Shown piece by piece: positions 10,992-24,177 of a stretch of DNA of 64,000 nt (position 1 is its first letter; each line of letters begins with the position of its first letter). The notes below the pieces were generated by a model. That model saw nothing but the letters and a program-made list of their open reading frames with translations, was not told the DNA's origin and did not search any database. The position numbers and the translations under genes are program-made. Source of the stretch: Ostrea edulis (lineage: Eukaryota); NCBI RefSeq assembly GCF_947568905.1, contig NC_079172.1:9176001-9240000 (forward strand). The letters run 5' to 3'.

Positions 10992-13398
10992 CTTCTTTTC
11001 CTAGTCATTGATGATAAAGCCACAGAAGTGGAAGTGGAAGTTGCTTTTATCCTGCACAAACAAGGATCCTCCCCCGCATAACCTCGGTTCTCGTCACATT
11101 TACAGGGTAGTCTGCATCCCTCCTCTGACAAATAGTCCACTGGTCTTGCTTCTGAAACACGTGCAATAGAAAACAATCGTAAATATCGGCAGATTAATAA
11201 AAATAGTTTTTCAATCATTACGCCGTTAAGATTGAGAGAAAGTTGTAGGAGAGACTTTTCTCATAAGTTATAGAAAATTCAGCATTACTGTAGAAGAAAG
11301 TTTATTCGTGAGAACAATATTTACACTGTACGCGTAATTTCGCGAGACTATCCATTCATGAAAATTCAGTTCTCGCGAATAAACTCTTACACATAGAAGA
11401 TTTAAGCAATAAATGATGATTCGTGAGAGTTATGTTTGTGAATAAATACATCACTATATCCACGCAAAAATAAGGTTTTTTTTTATCTCGCGAAAGGGAT
11501 CCAAAGTACACAGGATTTTATTGAACTTAAACAAGAAATGTCAAATGCATATCATTCCTAATATCACTTAGTATCCCAAACCTGATGACATTTTTTTTTT
11601 TGGTATTTTGAATTTAAAAAACCTTTAAATCAATTAAATCGTTATTCAGATTAACATTCTCTCCAAACTATGAAGATTATTTTTTCTAAACCTCGGACAT
11701 ATCATTCTATATATTTCTTGAATCCCATTTGCTAAGTTCTGCAAAAATATGTAATACTAAAATGCAATGCACAAACTAAACAAAAGGATAACATTCTATG
11801 CCCGGTAAGTAATGCTGCTCTAGTCAGCAATTGTCGCAGTTATAGATCTTTCCTTACCACAGATGAACTAACAAAACTTAGTACCTTAACGACTTACAAA
11901 TCATTTGATTTTAAGTCTTTATAGTAAAACCATTATATCTTTACTTTTGATGTTTATTACTTAGATAGGGAATGTTTTGATGAAATATTGCTTCAATATT
12001 TACGAGATATGACTGGAACAAAGATTATTCATGAAGAACGGTAACTCTCCACTGAACAACTATACGCTATTATAACCAATACTTCTCAGTGTTGGCAGAA
12101 AAGAAAATATCAAGGTCTGCATGTACATGTACCATTAGGATTGTATTGATTGATAAATCAGTTGAACAGATTTGAATTCCCACTAGGAATTTTTTATGTA
12201 ATTATTTACATGTAAGTCCATATTTCACACACAGACATATCTGTCTGATTCTATCACATGAGTATTTTATTAGTGCTGGGAATCTTGATTTACAATATCC
12301 AGTGTACATGTACATAGGATGAAAATTGTAAAAAATATTAAAATTGACATTCTTAGTAATACACATGGAACTGTGTGAATTGTCTGTTACAGTTGTGCGC
12401 CCTAGCAGAAGTTCTGTTCCTTTCATATTTTGCGTAATTTATCATTTCCCCTACACACTTATTTACAATGTACTTCGAACTGACGAACGTGAACAGTGTC
12501 CTGCCAGTTTCTCTAAGTTCCCATGACTGAGAAGAAAAAATAGCCTAGCAATTAACAACACGGACGGATTACCTGGAAACACTGACACAAGAGGCCTTTT
12601 TGATGACTCATAATACTCCTTACCACAGGTAACAACACGAAATAGACAAAATGTCTTGTGTGTTTCATTTGTTCAAGTTCTGAGTGGCTTCTAATGATGA
12701 AAGGTGAAGATAACTAACAGTGATCAATCTCATAATGATGTAACATAGTAGTGGTGTGATATAAAGTGCTTAGTTACAATGCATATTTTCACAACTAAAT
12801 ATAAAGAATTTTTTCATTCGCATTTGAATTTTTATTGTATATTATTATCTTCAAAAGCTCCGAAATTTAGTGAAGTTTCAGCATTGCCAAAAAGATTTTC
12901 CATATGGTTTCAGTTTTGCGGAAACTAGCGTTTTCATCCAGGGCATGTCTTTGAAAATAAATTCATGACAGACTTTTTTTTTATGAAAATAGAAAATATA
13001 ATATCATTGCTATTCCACACAGATACAGTGCACACAAACAATGCACATGTACACAGTGATTGCTTACCTGGAGGACACGTATACTGGATACACGGAAACG
13101 GGAAGTAAGAGTTCGTATGATCCAGCAACATTGATCCCGAGGGACATGGTTCACATGTGTCTGCAGTGTTGTCCACGTCACATCCTCTGACGTAATGGTC
13201 TTTGATTTAAAAAAAGAAGAAGATATTTTGAATACATTTCTTCAAACTTTGCTAAATTTCAGAGAATCAGTAGGAATAGGAAAAGTTAGAAGACCTACTT
13301 GGTTTACACTGTACAAATAGACAACATCTAGTTTCTCCGGTATCGAAATTTGTTCTTTGAACATGCCTACAGGATTCAATACCATGTACCACACGCAG
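10992..13398 (-). CDS. TNF-receptor-like cysteine-rich protein, partial model
   Basis: Exons 13398-13299, 13199-13068 and 11151-10992 splice in frame to ...RCCLFVQCKPNHYVRGCDVDNTADTCEPCPSGSMLLDHTNSYFPFPCIQYTCPPE...GCRLPCKCDENRGYAGEDPCLC... followed by a Ser/Thr stalk. Start, TM and tail exons were not resolved. Confidence 0.7.
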
Positions 13399-14716
13399 CT
13401 GTAAATAGAATAAATCTAATTGCTGGATTATTTGAAAAATGGATAAATAGATATGCAGACAAATAAAACATTATTTTTCTAAGTTTGTTCAACATTGTAT
13501 TTTCCTAGTATTTCACACTTAAAACGTTGCAATATTATCATTCATAATTTTGTGAACCCCGCTCTGTAGATTCCATTTGTTTGAGTCAAAGACACTTAGG
13601 TAGAATTGTCAGAATATCATTCTCTGAGTCAGATTGATTTCATACTAGTTTTTATAATGTCAGAGTGTAAGGCAGCAGATCTATTGTGATCAGATGGTGA
13701 GTGCAAAAGAAATTTGACCAAGTTAATTATACATGTAACTGTCGTATTTTAAATCTAGTACTGTTGAGCCTGCGTGTTAAAAGTCTCCTGCTACAAAGTT
13801 GACGAATGTTTAGTCACGTGATTACTGTTTTTTGTAAAGAAATGTTGATATGAAAATGTACTTACGGAGAGCACAATAAAACTCAATACAAAGTGCATCA
13901 TTTTTGACGTCATTTGTAAAATTCCTGAAAGTAAGCGTAAAATTATTTCATGCAAATCAAGGCTTCCTCATGTATATCCTTAAAATCAGTTAATCTTTGC
14001 GAATTTCTATATCAATTATTGTACGTGACATCATAGTAACAAAAACAATTCTTGAAATAACTATTATCCACCTTGTTCAATATAGGCGAGTGATCCTATG
14101 TATTTCGAACTGGCTTATACAATTTGTGGACCAGTAACGCTCTCTATATACTAACATGATGACGAGTCGCCTTCCTACTTTTTGGCCATTCCTAATCTAC
14201 TCCGTCATTCTGAGTTCTGAAAATCAAGGGATTTCCATTACCTTTTTACTACAAGACACATATTTCATTAGATTCGTAGGATGGGTTATAAAATCCAAGT
14301 GCGTGGATAGACCATCAAACAGATATTTGTTCCTTTTCCAGTACAGAGGCAGATAATTAGGTCTGACAGAAGTGATGATGATGACGCCACATCGTTTGCC
14401 TTTCATTTCTAAAGGGGCACGCAATGCTTGATCCGCTCCTTTTTATATTGCCGCTACTAGTGGCTGGTCGAGGAGCTGATAAGTGACATGTACACGGATT
14501 AATTGACAGGTTTTTTGTTGTGATAGAAATAAGGATGTTTATAAATAAATGAATCAAAAACATTTTTACATATGATTTTCATCACCATGATGTCATTCAG
14601 TTTATTGTTAAATTGATCACAAAGAATTTAATTCGTTGTAAAAGCTCTTTTCTCAGAAGCCGTTAAATTTGTTGCCATGTTGATAGCTGAGTCACGTAAC
14701 GTGTAAATATAAACAA

Positions 14717-15102
14717 GCTTCGACAGGTAGGTAGATCTGAGTTTTTCCTGTTTATAATAACTTAACCACTGTTGACGAAAATCGGGGAATGTAGTCAGCT
14801 GTAGAAATGATTAAACTACACGAAATAACCACAATTACCCATATCTAAAGCGGCAAGACGACATGATATGATTTTCCGAGAAGAAAAAGGGGTTGAATTT
14901 TGAATATTCCTCACGATTCTCGATTGTCAGGGTCAATATTGGCTCAATCAGCTAACCAGTCGAAATAAGTTGACCACTCTAGGGATGATTTGTGCAAGTT
15001 GAAATTAAAATATTCTACTTTTTTGATGTTGGTGTTTGTATTTTGCCAAAATTTCTATCCAAACGGGTCAGGTAATGCTTTAGGGGATAAGTTATGATTT
15101 AA
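14717..15102 (+). repeat. Left arm of a 386-bp inverted duplication
   Basis: Near-identical reverse complement of 16923-17308. Confidence 0.9.
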
Positions 15103-16129
15103 AGGAAGTGAACATGAAAAAAATATTTGTTGCATAATAAACTTAAAAGACCTCCTGAAACTAAAATAGTGTGACCTAAATCTAATTTGCTTGTTTCTAT
15201 TACGAGATTTGATCAATTGAACACTCTAAGTTAAAGGTTTATGGAGGTCATCCATTATTTCCCAGTATGCATCTGTGCTCTGACGTAGATGAGACACATT
15301 GTTGTTGACTGGGTCACTGTTATACAGCAGAGAAAGTTTATGGATTCATATTACGATTGATGGATAAGGTTTTGGAGCAAAAAGAATTGAAATCAAATCT
15401 AATTACAATGCATTAAGAAAAAGAAGAAAACACTCCCACAAAATATTTCCAGCTCCTCCAACTTCTGAACTTATACTCAGTACACTGTATGTTTCAAGTT
15501 TCCATATCAATTAATTTCATTAGATTTTAAATATTAAGGTGATTGTGTCATAAAAGTATTGCAACATAGGCAGTTTAGTAATTATTCTACTACACTCAAA
15601 ATTAACTAGTATTTTTATAACACATTAGATTCTGACATGTAATCAAAGTTTAGTCCAAGTCTCTGCGGCTGTAACAGAGTCGTTTATTCTGTAGCCATCA
15701 TGTTGCCTGATGGGTTGTTCTCTGGCATGTCGATTTGGTGCATTTGGTAAATACATTAATTGGAGGCGATCTCTGTCTAAATGGTCCCTGTGAAGTAGAG
15801 AAAACATGTTATCATAATCACAAGACCATAGCTTCCATGCTTATAAATTCATCCTAAAGAGTAAATTGACACAAGATCGACACCTACATGTATCTAGTGT
15901 AACATACCCCCCCCCCCCCCCCCCCGGTAATCTGACCTATGACCCCTTAACCATTTTACTAAGAAATCAATAGATTTCTATATCCTTATATGAACTTATT
16001 CCTTATAGACTTTAACATTTGGTGTTCTGAATTTGAAGTAAAGTACTAGACCAGAAAATGCAAAGTAACAACATATCCTGTTCAACATCATGTAGCGATT
16101 GTTGGACCGTTCTTGTCACACTGATTTTG

Positions 16130-16322
16130 GCTGCGGATAACTCCGTTTGCCTCATCGGGATGTGGGGATCACGGCGGGTGTGGCCGATTGACGGGCGATG
16201 CTTACTCCTCCTAGGCACCTAATCCAACCTCTGGTGTATCCAGGGGTCCGTGTTTGCCCAACTCTCTATTTTGTATTGCTTATAGGAGTTATGAGATTGG
16301 TCACTGTTCGTTATCTTCACCT
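16130..16322 (+). mobile_element. Penelope-like (Naiad-type) 3' end / pLTR fragment
   Basis: Matches 45255-45452. Confidence 0.85.
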
Positions 16323-16922
16323 TTCATCAAGAAAGCATAAGCGTTACCTAAGTATTTGACAATTAAACGTCATGCATAAGTATTCGACATTTACATAATC
16401 CGTTAATATTCTACATAGCATAAATAAGTTGCTTATACACGCCTTGGAATAATACACTCTATCTTCTTCAATTCTCTGCACCTACTATACATACAATTGA
16501 CATACTATCTGGGTCTAGTCTTGATTGCCACGTCTTTGGTTCTGAATAAGCAGCATCTTTATTTAGTTTCCTGAATAAATATACATATACGAGTACAATG
16601 CATGTACATTGAAGAAAAATATCTAATGCTTATTACATTTTTTTTTTGCATGGAAAAGAGTAGAGGTGAATTCGCAAATCGAAAACGGTATCAATCTTTT
16701 TCTCCCTAACACGACTAATATTTTCAAATACCTTCGTTACAAATAAAAGAAATTAATTTCAATAAATTCTAAATCATGCATATTGGTTATTGCAGATCCA
16801 GAATCGTACCTACTCATCTAACTTACGTCACGTAATACAAACTCATTCAGGTGCGTAATACTACTGGATCCAGCAGCGGGGTGTTTATTAACCAACTTTT
16901 CCTCTAAATCTTAACTAATCCA

Positions 16923-17308
16923 TTAAATCATAACTTATCCCCTAAAGCATTACCTGACCCGTTTGGATAGAAATTTTGGCAAAATACAAACACCAACATC
17001 AAAAAAGTAGAATATTTTAATTTCAACTTGCACAAATCATCCCTAGAGTGGTTAACTTATTTCGACTGGTTAGCTGATTGAGCCAATATTGACCCTGACA
17101 TTCGAGAATCGTGAGGAATATTCAAAATTCAACCCCTTTTTCCTCTCGGAAAATCATCTCATGTCGTCTTGCCGCTTTAGATATGGGTAATTGTGGTTAT
17201 TTCGTGTACTTTAATCATTTCTACAGCTGACTACATTCCCTGATTTTCGTCAACAGTGGTTAAATTATTATAAACAAGAAAAACTCAGATCTACCTACCT
17301 GTCGAAGC
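16923..17308 (-). repeat. Right arm of the 386-bp inverted duplication
   Basis: Reverse complement of 14717-15102. Confidence 0.9.
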
Positions 17309-17413
17309 GGCGTGTTGTTCTCTTTTAACTCATAACCGGAAACACTCAAAACGAATTTTCTTGCATAACCGTTACATTATGATTTAGGACATGGGTAGCG
17401 GTGCAGGGCTCTA

Positions 17414-18465
17414 TGGAGCGCCAAATTAACATAAACTCAAATAATTGAAGATATCTTCAATTATTTGAAGATATCATCAATTCACATATTGCTCTCTTTA
17501 ATTGAATTAATGCGCGCATTAAATCAATTATTGCTCTCATCAAATGAATTAATGCGCGCTTCCATTCAATTATTGCTCTCATCCATTGAATTAATGCGCG
17601 CATCAATTGAATTAATGAGAGCAATAATTGATTTAATGCGCGGATTAATTCAATTATTGCTCTCTTCAATTCAATTGATGAGAGCATCAATTGAATTAAT
17701 GAGAGCAATAATAGATTTGATGCGCGCATTAATTCAATAATTGCTCTCTTCAATTCAATTGATGAGAGCATCAATTTCGTAGAAATATTGCTCGCAATAA
17801 TTGATTTAGAGCTCGGTATAAATAATTTGATGATCTCTTTAATTCAATTGAAAATATCTTTAATTATTTACAATGCTTTTGTATAAGGAATTGATGCGCG
17901 CATCAATTCTTCTAAAGAGAGCAACAATTCAATTAAAGAGATCATTAATAAAATTGTAGATATGTTGAATAGAAGATATCTTTAATTATTTAGTTGCTCT
18001 CTCTAAAAGAATCATTGCTCTCTTCAAATGAATTAAAGATATCATTAATTCAATTGAAGAGAGCAATAATTGAATTAATGCGCGCATTAAATCCATTATT
18101 GCTCTCATCAAATGAATTAATGCGCGCATCAATTCAATTATTGCTCTCATCAATTGATTTAATGCGTGCATTATATCAATTATTGCTCTCTTTAATTGAA
18201 TTGTAGCGCGCATCAATTCAAATGTTGATATCATTAATTCATTTGAAGAGATCATTAATTCAATTAAAGCGCGCATCAATTCAGCAGAAGAATTAATGCT
18301 ATCATCAATTCATTTAATGCGCGCAATAATTCAAAATTGAAGATATCATTAATTATTTGAAGACATCTTTAATTAAATTGTTGCGCGCATCAAATGAATT
18401 GATGATATCTTCAAATAATTGAAGATATCTTCAATTATTTGAGTTTATGTTAATTTGGCGCTCCA
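17414..18465. mobile_element. MITE with ~70-bp TIRs, TA TSD and internal 21-bp tandem arrays
   Basis: TIR TGGAGCGCCAAATTAACATAAACTCAAATAATTGAAGATATC at both ends, flanked by TA. The interior is built of AATTGAATTAATGCGCGCATC-like 21-mers in both orientations. Confidence 0.88.
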
Positions 18466-18519
18466 TAAGGCTCGTACCTTAAAAATTAAAATTGTAGCGG
18501 TCTGTTGAGTTTTATTGCC

Positions 18520-18612
18520 GGTGGCAAGATAGCTCAGTCGGTAGAGCGCTTGACTACTAGAGAGATTGGAATTCTGGTCTGGTCGATTGCATATTCCTCC
18601 TTCCTGTTACAG
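18520..18612 (+). mobile_element. Degenerate tRNA-like repeat head
   Basis: GGTGGCAAGATAGCTCAGTCGGTAGAGC (A box/D arm); T arm eroded. Confidence 0.4.
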
Positions 18613-18911
18613 TCTGTGCCGTTGACCACCTCTCACCGCATCCAATCTAACACAATTAAGGGAATGGAGATTTGAAGGGACTGAAATCAGATAGGTTGGT
18701 TATCAACAAATTACTAGCGTTTTATGTATTGACATATTTTGAAGAAAAAAATGAGGACTAAAAATAACAAAGAAACAAAATGGCTCATAACAGGAAACTA
18801 AAATCAGCTATGAAATGAGTTTAGCACCAAGAACGTAGTTTTAGAATATTATTCCTTTCACCAAATGCAGCATTTGAAGAAATATCATTTTGGCAACTGC
18901 ATGTCAGTTAT

Positions 18912-19149
18912 TTGATTGATTGTATATTGTATAATGTCTCTTTTGAGAATTTTTCACTCATGGAGACGTCACCATTGCCGATGAAAGGCTGTAAAATTTA
19001 GGCCTATGCTCGGCGCTTACGGTCTTTGAGCAGGGAGGGATCTTTATCGTGCCACATCTGCTATGACACGTGGTCACGGTTTTTGTGGTCTCCTCCGAAG
19101 GACAAGTAAGGGGTACTGAGGACCTACTCTAACCCGGACCCCCCACTGG
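18912..19149 (-). mobile_element. SINE-like element, family B, internal deletion in the head
   Basis: Head and body present; the segment CGCCCCATTTAGTCGCCTCTTACGAC is lost between GAC microhomologies. Confidence 0.85.
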
Positions 19150-19424
19150 AACAATCATTTGATAGTTAGTATGGATTTTCGGTGACGAGTCTGATACTTG
19201 TCAGACCGAATTCAGAGTTGTCACACAACTACTTCTTCCTTGCTAACTAGTGTATTTTGATATCAGTGAGATCGAGGTATTACATATGTACCTGTAAGCA
19301 GTAGAGTTGTTTTTAAACTAATTATTTACAACCACCACGTGGTACATGTAGCTTACGCTTGTTTTGTTTTATTTATTTATTTATTTTGTAATTTATTATA
19401 TTTTATTTGCAGATAAAACAAAAT

Positions 19425-19990
19425 GGATTGCAATTTTGTGAAATATGAAGAAGTGGGTGATCCTTACTTTTGTGCGCAAAAATTCCAATCTGACACGTCA
19501 CCCTAAAACTCTGCATGGGAGTGACACCTTTACGTGCAGATTGTGATAAGTCATTTACCAAGAAAAGTACAAATTACGCTGCTATAACGAAATTTTTGTC
19601 ACCCTGCTTTGCCCTCACAGTGGAAAACACTACAATCTTTGAGATTCCTTTGAAAAACACATACGCTTTCTGCATGCTTCTAAAGGTTTGTGCGAAATCA
19701 TTTAAGGATATGGACTCACTGCAACGTTATAAGAAGACTCATTTGGGTTTGAAAGAAATTTATGACAACTGCCATGGAAGTTTTAAAGATTTGAGCTGGC
19801 ACAAGAAATACTGTATGAAAAAACACCCACACAAACAAATCACATAAATGCGCTAATTGTGGGGAAATGTTTTACAAACAAAGTCTGTTTTCAACATCAT
19901 AACAAGCGGTTACACCCAGCTGCAAATGTATTTGGATGCGGGGAGTTCAACTCTAAAGCGCCACTAGAAAATTTGTAATGAATAAAGATG
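19425..19990 (+). pseudogene. Degenerate multi-C2H2 zinc-finger ORF, probably TE-borne
   Basis: Frameshifted CEIC...SNLTRH, C..CDKSF and C.VC.KSF...H motifs. Confidence 0.5.
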
Positions 19991-20024
19991 TAGCTTTGTG
20001 ACACACTTAAAGTGTCAGCAAAGG

Positions 20025-21120
20025 GGTGGTCGCCGCCCCAATAATTTTGCAAAAAAAAAAAAAAAAGAATAGTAATGAGAAAGGTGAAGTAGGTACCTGG
20101 GTCCGACGTGTGTACACAATAATTAAAAATAGAGTATTAAGTATGCTTCATTAATTGATCTATCGATGTTTGGACGCTTTACATTGTACACCACTGCAAG
20201 TCGTTAAACATTTATCAAACAATATAACTGTTACAATAAATGAGCATATGAGCTGAATGAGCATGTGAATGAAAGGAAAATACCGAAGATGAATCAAAAT
20301 TACTGTCTAAAACAACTTTTTGAGATTTTTTGTTTACCTTTGTCACATATATTCCTGCATTTTGATTTCAAAAATGGACGGATTAACACGTATTAATCAA
20401 CCTGCTAATTTTAAATTTCCAAAGCGGTCTTTCGGCAAAAAGAATCCAGAACTACATGTACGTTCGTTCAACTCCTGATTCAAACCATACCTTTGGTTGC
20501 ATTATGACGAGGTACATGTATGTGTATGAGATTATTTTATATGTTTTAATTTATTCCATGATATTTTACAGGTTAATTTAATGAATTAATAAAGTAAATG
20601 CATCATTGGTTCATTTACAGTAATTACACTGAAGTCGATATTTCTGAAAATGATATACTGTTTATTTATACATGTATTTAAAAACATTTTCAGGCAAAAG
20701 ATCTGGCTTTCTGTTTCACTTGCATGGGCGCCGGAAAGGAAGGCAAAATTTCTAATTCCAAAGCTGAGGGCAGTTTTATATCTACAGGCTTCAGTAACTG
20801 GAAGGATGCCACGTCAAAATTCAGGAAACATCAAGATTCCGACTGCCATAAAGAGTCTGTGGAAAGAAAAGTTAAGTACTTATTTTTGATTTATATTTTT
20901 GTTTGCCAGGATACGTATCTGTGACTCTTCTGTTTTTGTTTTTCTACGTGTTTTTTTTGAAAGACCTTTTCAGGAGAGAATTATTGTTTAGTTTTATTTA
21001 TACTTCTCCTAGGAGGATATTTTGTTAAAAAGCAATTATTGTTTATGTTATGAAATAAAAATTGGAAAGAAGTGTTTTAGACCCATCGAACTAATCAGCC
21101 CTACCACATTCAAATGTCAG
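20025..21120 (+). mobile_element. Decayed hAT-type transposon fragment (TTF zinc finger)
   Basis: Peptide remnants FGKKNPE.RSFNS.FKPYLWLHYDE and AEGSFISTGFSNWKDATSKFRKHQDSDCHKE, typical of the ZnF_TTF region of hAT transposases. Confidence 0.65.
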
Positions 21121-21499
21121 GCGACAGATGACAGTACTAGCGGTTGTAGGGAATATAAGAATATGGATTAATGTATAAAAGACGAATACTTTTGTTTTGT
21201 GTTAGTTTACAATACAATTTTGTAAGGATACGGAGTCCATCGACATTTGGCAACGAGTTCTGCTTACAAGCCGGTGCTTGGAGATGTCTTGCACTCGCTA
21301 TGAGAATTTCCTCTTGTGAAAACGTTGTTTCATTGCTTTCTTTAGCATATTTTACTTTGGATTTTTTCCTTCTCGCGTACATTTACTCAATACCCTTTCA
21401 TTGTACTACGGAAGACTACATGTAACCAATACACCAACTGTCATTGGCACACCAATGTTTAAATTAAATTTGATTAATTGCTGTCATAGTATTTTTTGT

Positions 21500-22100
21500 C
21501 AGTTATTTTAGTTTAGTTTAGTTTATTTATTTAGGAATAGACACATATACAATATAAATACAAGGCAATATCACAGAGGAACACATATCTAAATCTAAAG
21601 TTGTTGATAAATACAAAAGATAAAAAGGTAAATTTTAACAGCTATTTGACTTTAAGAGCACAGTGAGTAAATTAATGTATATGCCTATGCCAAGGATAAC
21701 CCATGAAAGCCATATAGCTTATTTCCAATGGGGTCCTTTATTTCCAATGGAGTCCTTTATATAGAACAATTTTGGCGAATGTCTCTTGTTTATTTTTCGT
21801 TTTTAAAGAATCATTAAATCCAAGTCTCTTTGTCGGCAGTATCTTGGATTCATCTTTTCTATACCATTGCCAAATGGCAAGTGCTCCTCTAGGAGGTGCT
21901 GAGGGCTCGACAATGCTTTCATATATTATTTTTCTTCTTGCACTTTGTTTTTCCTTTTTGTCAAACTCGTGGTCCTTAAAAAATGGGATAATCAAGCATG
22001 CATCTTTGTTAGCTTACATAAGCCATTCAACTTTAAAGCAAGTTTCTGTGATGGAAACCATAAAACTCACTGCTGAAATTGCTTGCGACATCGGAAAATG
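21500..22100 (-). mobile_element. Old LINE 3'-end fragment (L2/CR1-like)
   Basis: (TAAAC)n-type tail and a GGACCCCATTGGAAATAAG...GCTTTCATGGGTTATCC terminal motif on the minus strand; no clean ORF. Confidence 0.35.
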
Positions 22101-22309
22101 GTCATTCATTCTAATTTTGTAAGCTTTTAAAAAAAACTTAAAACGAATATGCGATAGCGAATCTTTTTAAGATAGCTCTAGGCTGTTAAAATGGCCACGA
22201 ATGACCATATACGATAATGGACTTGATTTGTCTGTTGGTTTCAACACAACATAAGCAACACGAATTGTCAATTTATGGGTTTAATTTGTAAACATGTGTA
22301 CCAAATTAA

Positions 22310-22825
22310 AGGGACTGGTTCACGATTTTTGATAAAAATATTTTTCATTTTTGATGTTAAACATTAAAAATATAACTCATTTAATGTTGACATCCAAAAT
22401 TTGGACCTTCTGAATGCAAGAATAAAAGCAATATTTTAGCCTTGAATCTGTGTTATGTAAACAAAGACTCGAGTCATTTTATGTATACAAACAAGCAAGT
22501 AAAATATTGATTTTGTAAAATAAAGCATCTTAATTTTACGTAGTCACAAATTTTAACTTTTAGATGACACATTTTACCCCCAAAATGTTTGAAATGTGAA
22601 AGATATAATAAACTTAGATCGATATACATTTCTTTTGAAAATTTCGTAAACAATAACACACCGCAATCTCTGTTTACAAAACAAATAATAAACTCTCTAC
22701 AATGAGCTTCTGTGATAACGTATCACCTTAATTTTTATGTGAAATCTTTTAAACACATCAGGCAGTAGATTTTGATCATTAAAAGTGAAAAAGAAAATTT
22801 TGGGGAAAATCGTGAATCAGTCCCT
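22310..22825. mobile_element. TTAA-flanked MITE (Kolobok/piggyBac-like)
   Basis: TIRs AGGGACTGGTTCACGATTTT / AAAATCGTGAATCAGTCCCT, with TTAA on both sides. Confidence 0.85.
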
Positions 22826-23636
22826 TTAAGATAGGGATCTTTGAGAACTTTGGAAATTAATTTGGTATTTCTTTGAATATGATATTGGTTGGCTTCAGCC
22901 TCTATGATAATGTATAAATGTTGGTCGTTTGCACTTTGAATAGTCGCAGTCACCGATTCAGCTGGTAACCAATCTTCAAATGCAGACCTATCTATCCTTC
23001 AGCCAAGCACCGACATACATAATAATCGGGTAAACTATAATGCACAGACATCTGATAGTCTCCTGGAAACGGCCACTTTATCTCGATGGCTGCTTCTACA
23101 AAACCTAGCTCTGGTTTTCCAGCATTATTCAATGTGACTTATGCTACCGTCAGGTGATTTCTCGCCTAATAGTTCAGTAACATTTGAATATGAATAGTAT
23201 AAAGGTGGTTTCGAGGGTGTTATTTTAATGGTTTTTTTTGGTTTTTTTTTTTAAATATTATCAATTGAAGTGAATTCCATTTTCTAACTGTGTCAGGAAT
23301 AAAATAAAATGACTTTTTATATCTTCAAGTCTGCATCTAGGTAGTGTGTAATCGCTAGAATTATGGATATTATACGATAATAGAATTCTTTTAAATATTG
23401 GGGAATTAAATTATCATGAATTTTAGACATATTTGTTAAAACTGTGTACAATGGGCGGTCTTTGCTTAACATTTTCCCAGGCTGTCCCCTTCCACTACAC
23501 TGTAAAACGATGCTACATATACCTACCTTTTAAAAACAAATAAGAAATGAAGAAAATTAAATCAAACAACTTTGTTATTTCTGACCGACCGTCATATTTA
23601 TCGATCTTATTCATTTGGCCTGTTACCTTTAAATGG

Positions 23637-23695
<59 letters not shown>

Positions 23696-23774
23696 CACAA
23701 ACAAACAATTATAACACCCAACCTTACGTTTACCCCTAGGATCTAAACGATACATGTGAAAATCAATTAATTAA

Positions 23775-23870
23775 TATATAAAGCACTGAATAATCACAAC
23801 TAGGTACTGAAATTTTTCACCCCAGCCCGGGGTTCGAAAAATTTCAGTACCTAGTTGTGATTATTTAGTG

Positions 23871-23880
<10 letters not shown>
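23775..23880. repeat. Hairpin MITE relic next to (TA)n tracts
   Basis: TAAAGCACTGAATAATCACAACTAGGTACTGAAATTTTTC and its reverse complement around a short spacer; (TA)n at 23640-23692 and 23875-23902. Confidence 0.7.
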
Positions 23881-23904
<24 letters not shown>

Positions 23905-24177
23905 TCCCAGGCTTCCTTTTATTTTCTGATATATATCCACACAATATTAGACCTCTGCTAATTTTTTTCTACCATATATTTCTAGGGAATAACATTTATG
24001 TTTCCACTGTAATCATGCTTTGTAGGTGGGCGACACTGAGGAAGCCCAGTTTTTAACCTCACCGATATACCGCGTCCTTGTTCGCGACACTGCAGACGAC
24101 AAGGAGTATGCATTGTAAACACTTGATATGTGTATTAGAGCGTATACAGTGGTAGTATTCCACGTGGACTTCGAAAA

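Noticed and set aside
12470-12660. Possible TM exon of the TNFR-like gene (HFVYFVLLPVV)
   Set aside because: It lies upstream of a Cys-rich ectodomain exon, has no clear acceptor, and would leave a ~46-nt intron.
15230-15795. Minus-strand exon-like segments (good acceptors near 15330 and 15790)
   Set aside because: Short frames with no recognisable domain that could not be linked to any gene model.
17457-18279. Leucine-zipper-like ORFs on both strands
   Set aside because: Artefacts of the 21-bp (7-codon) tandem array inside a MITE.
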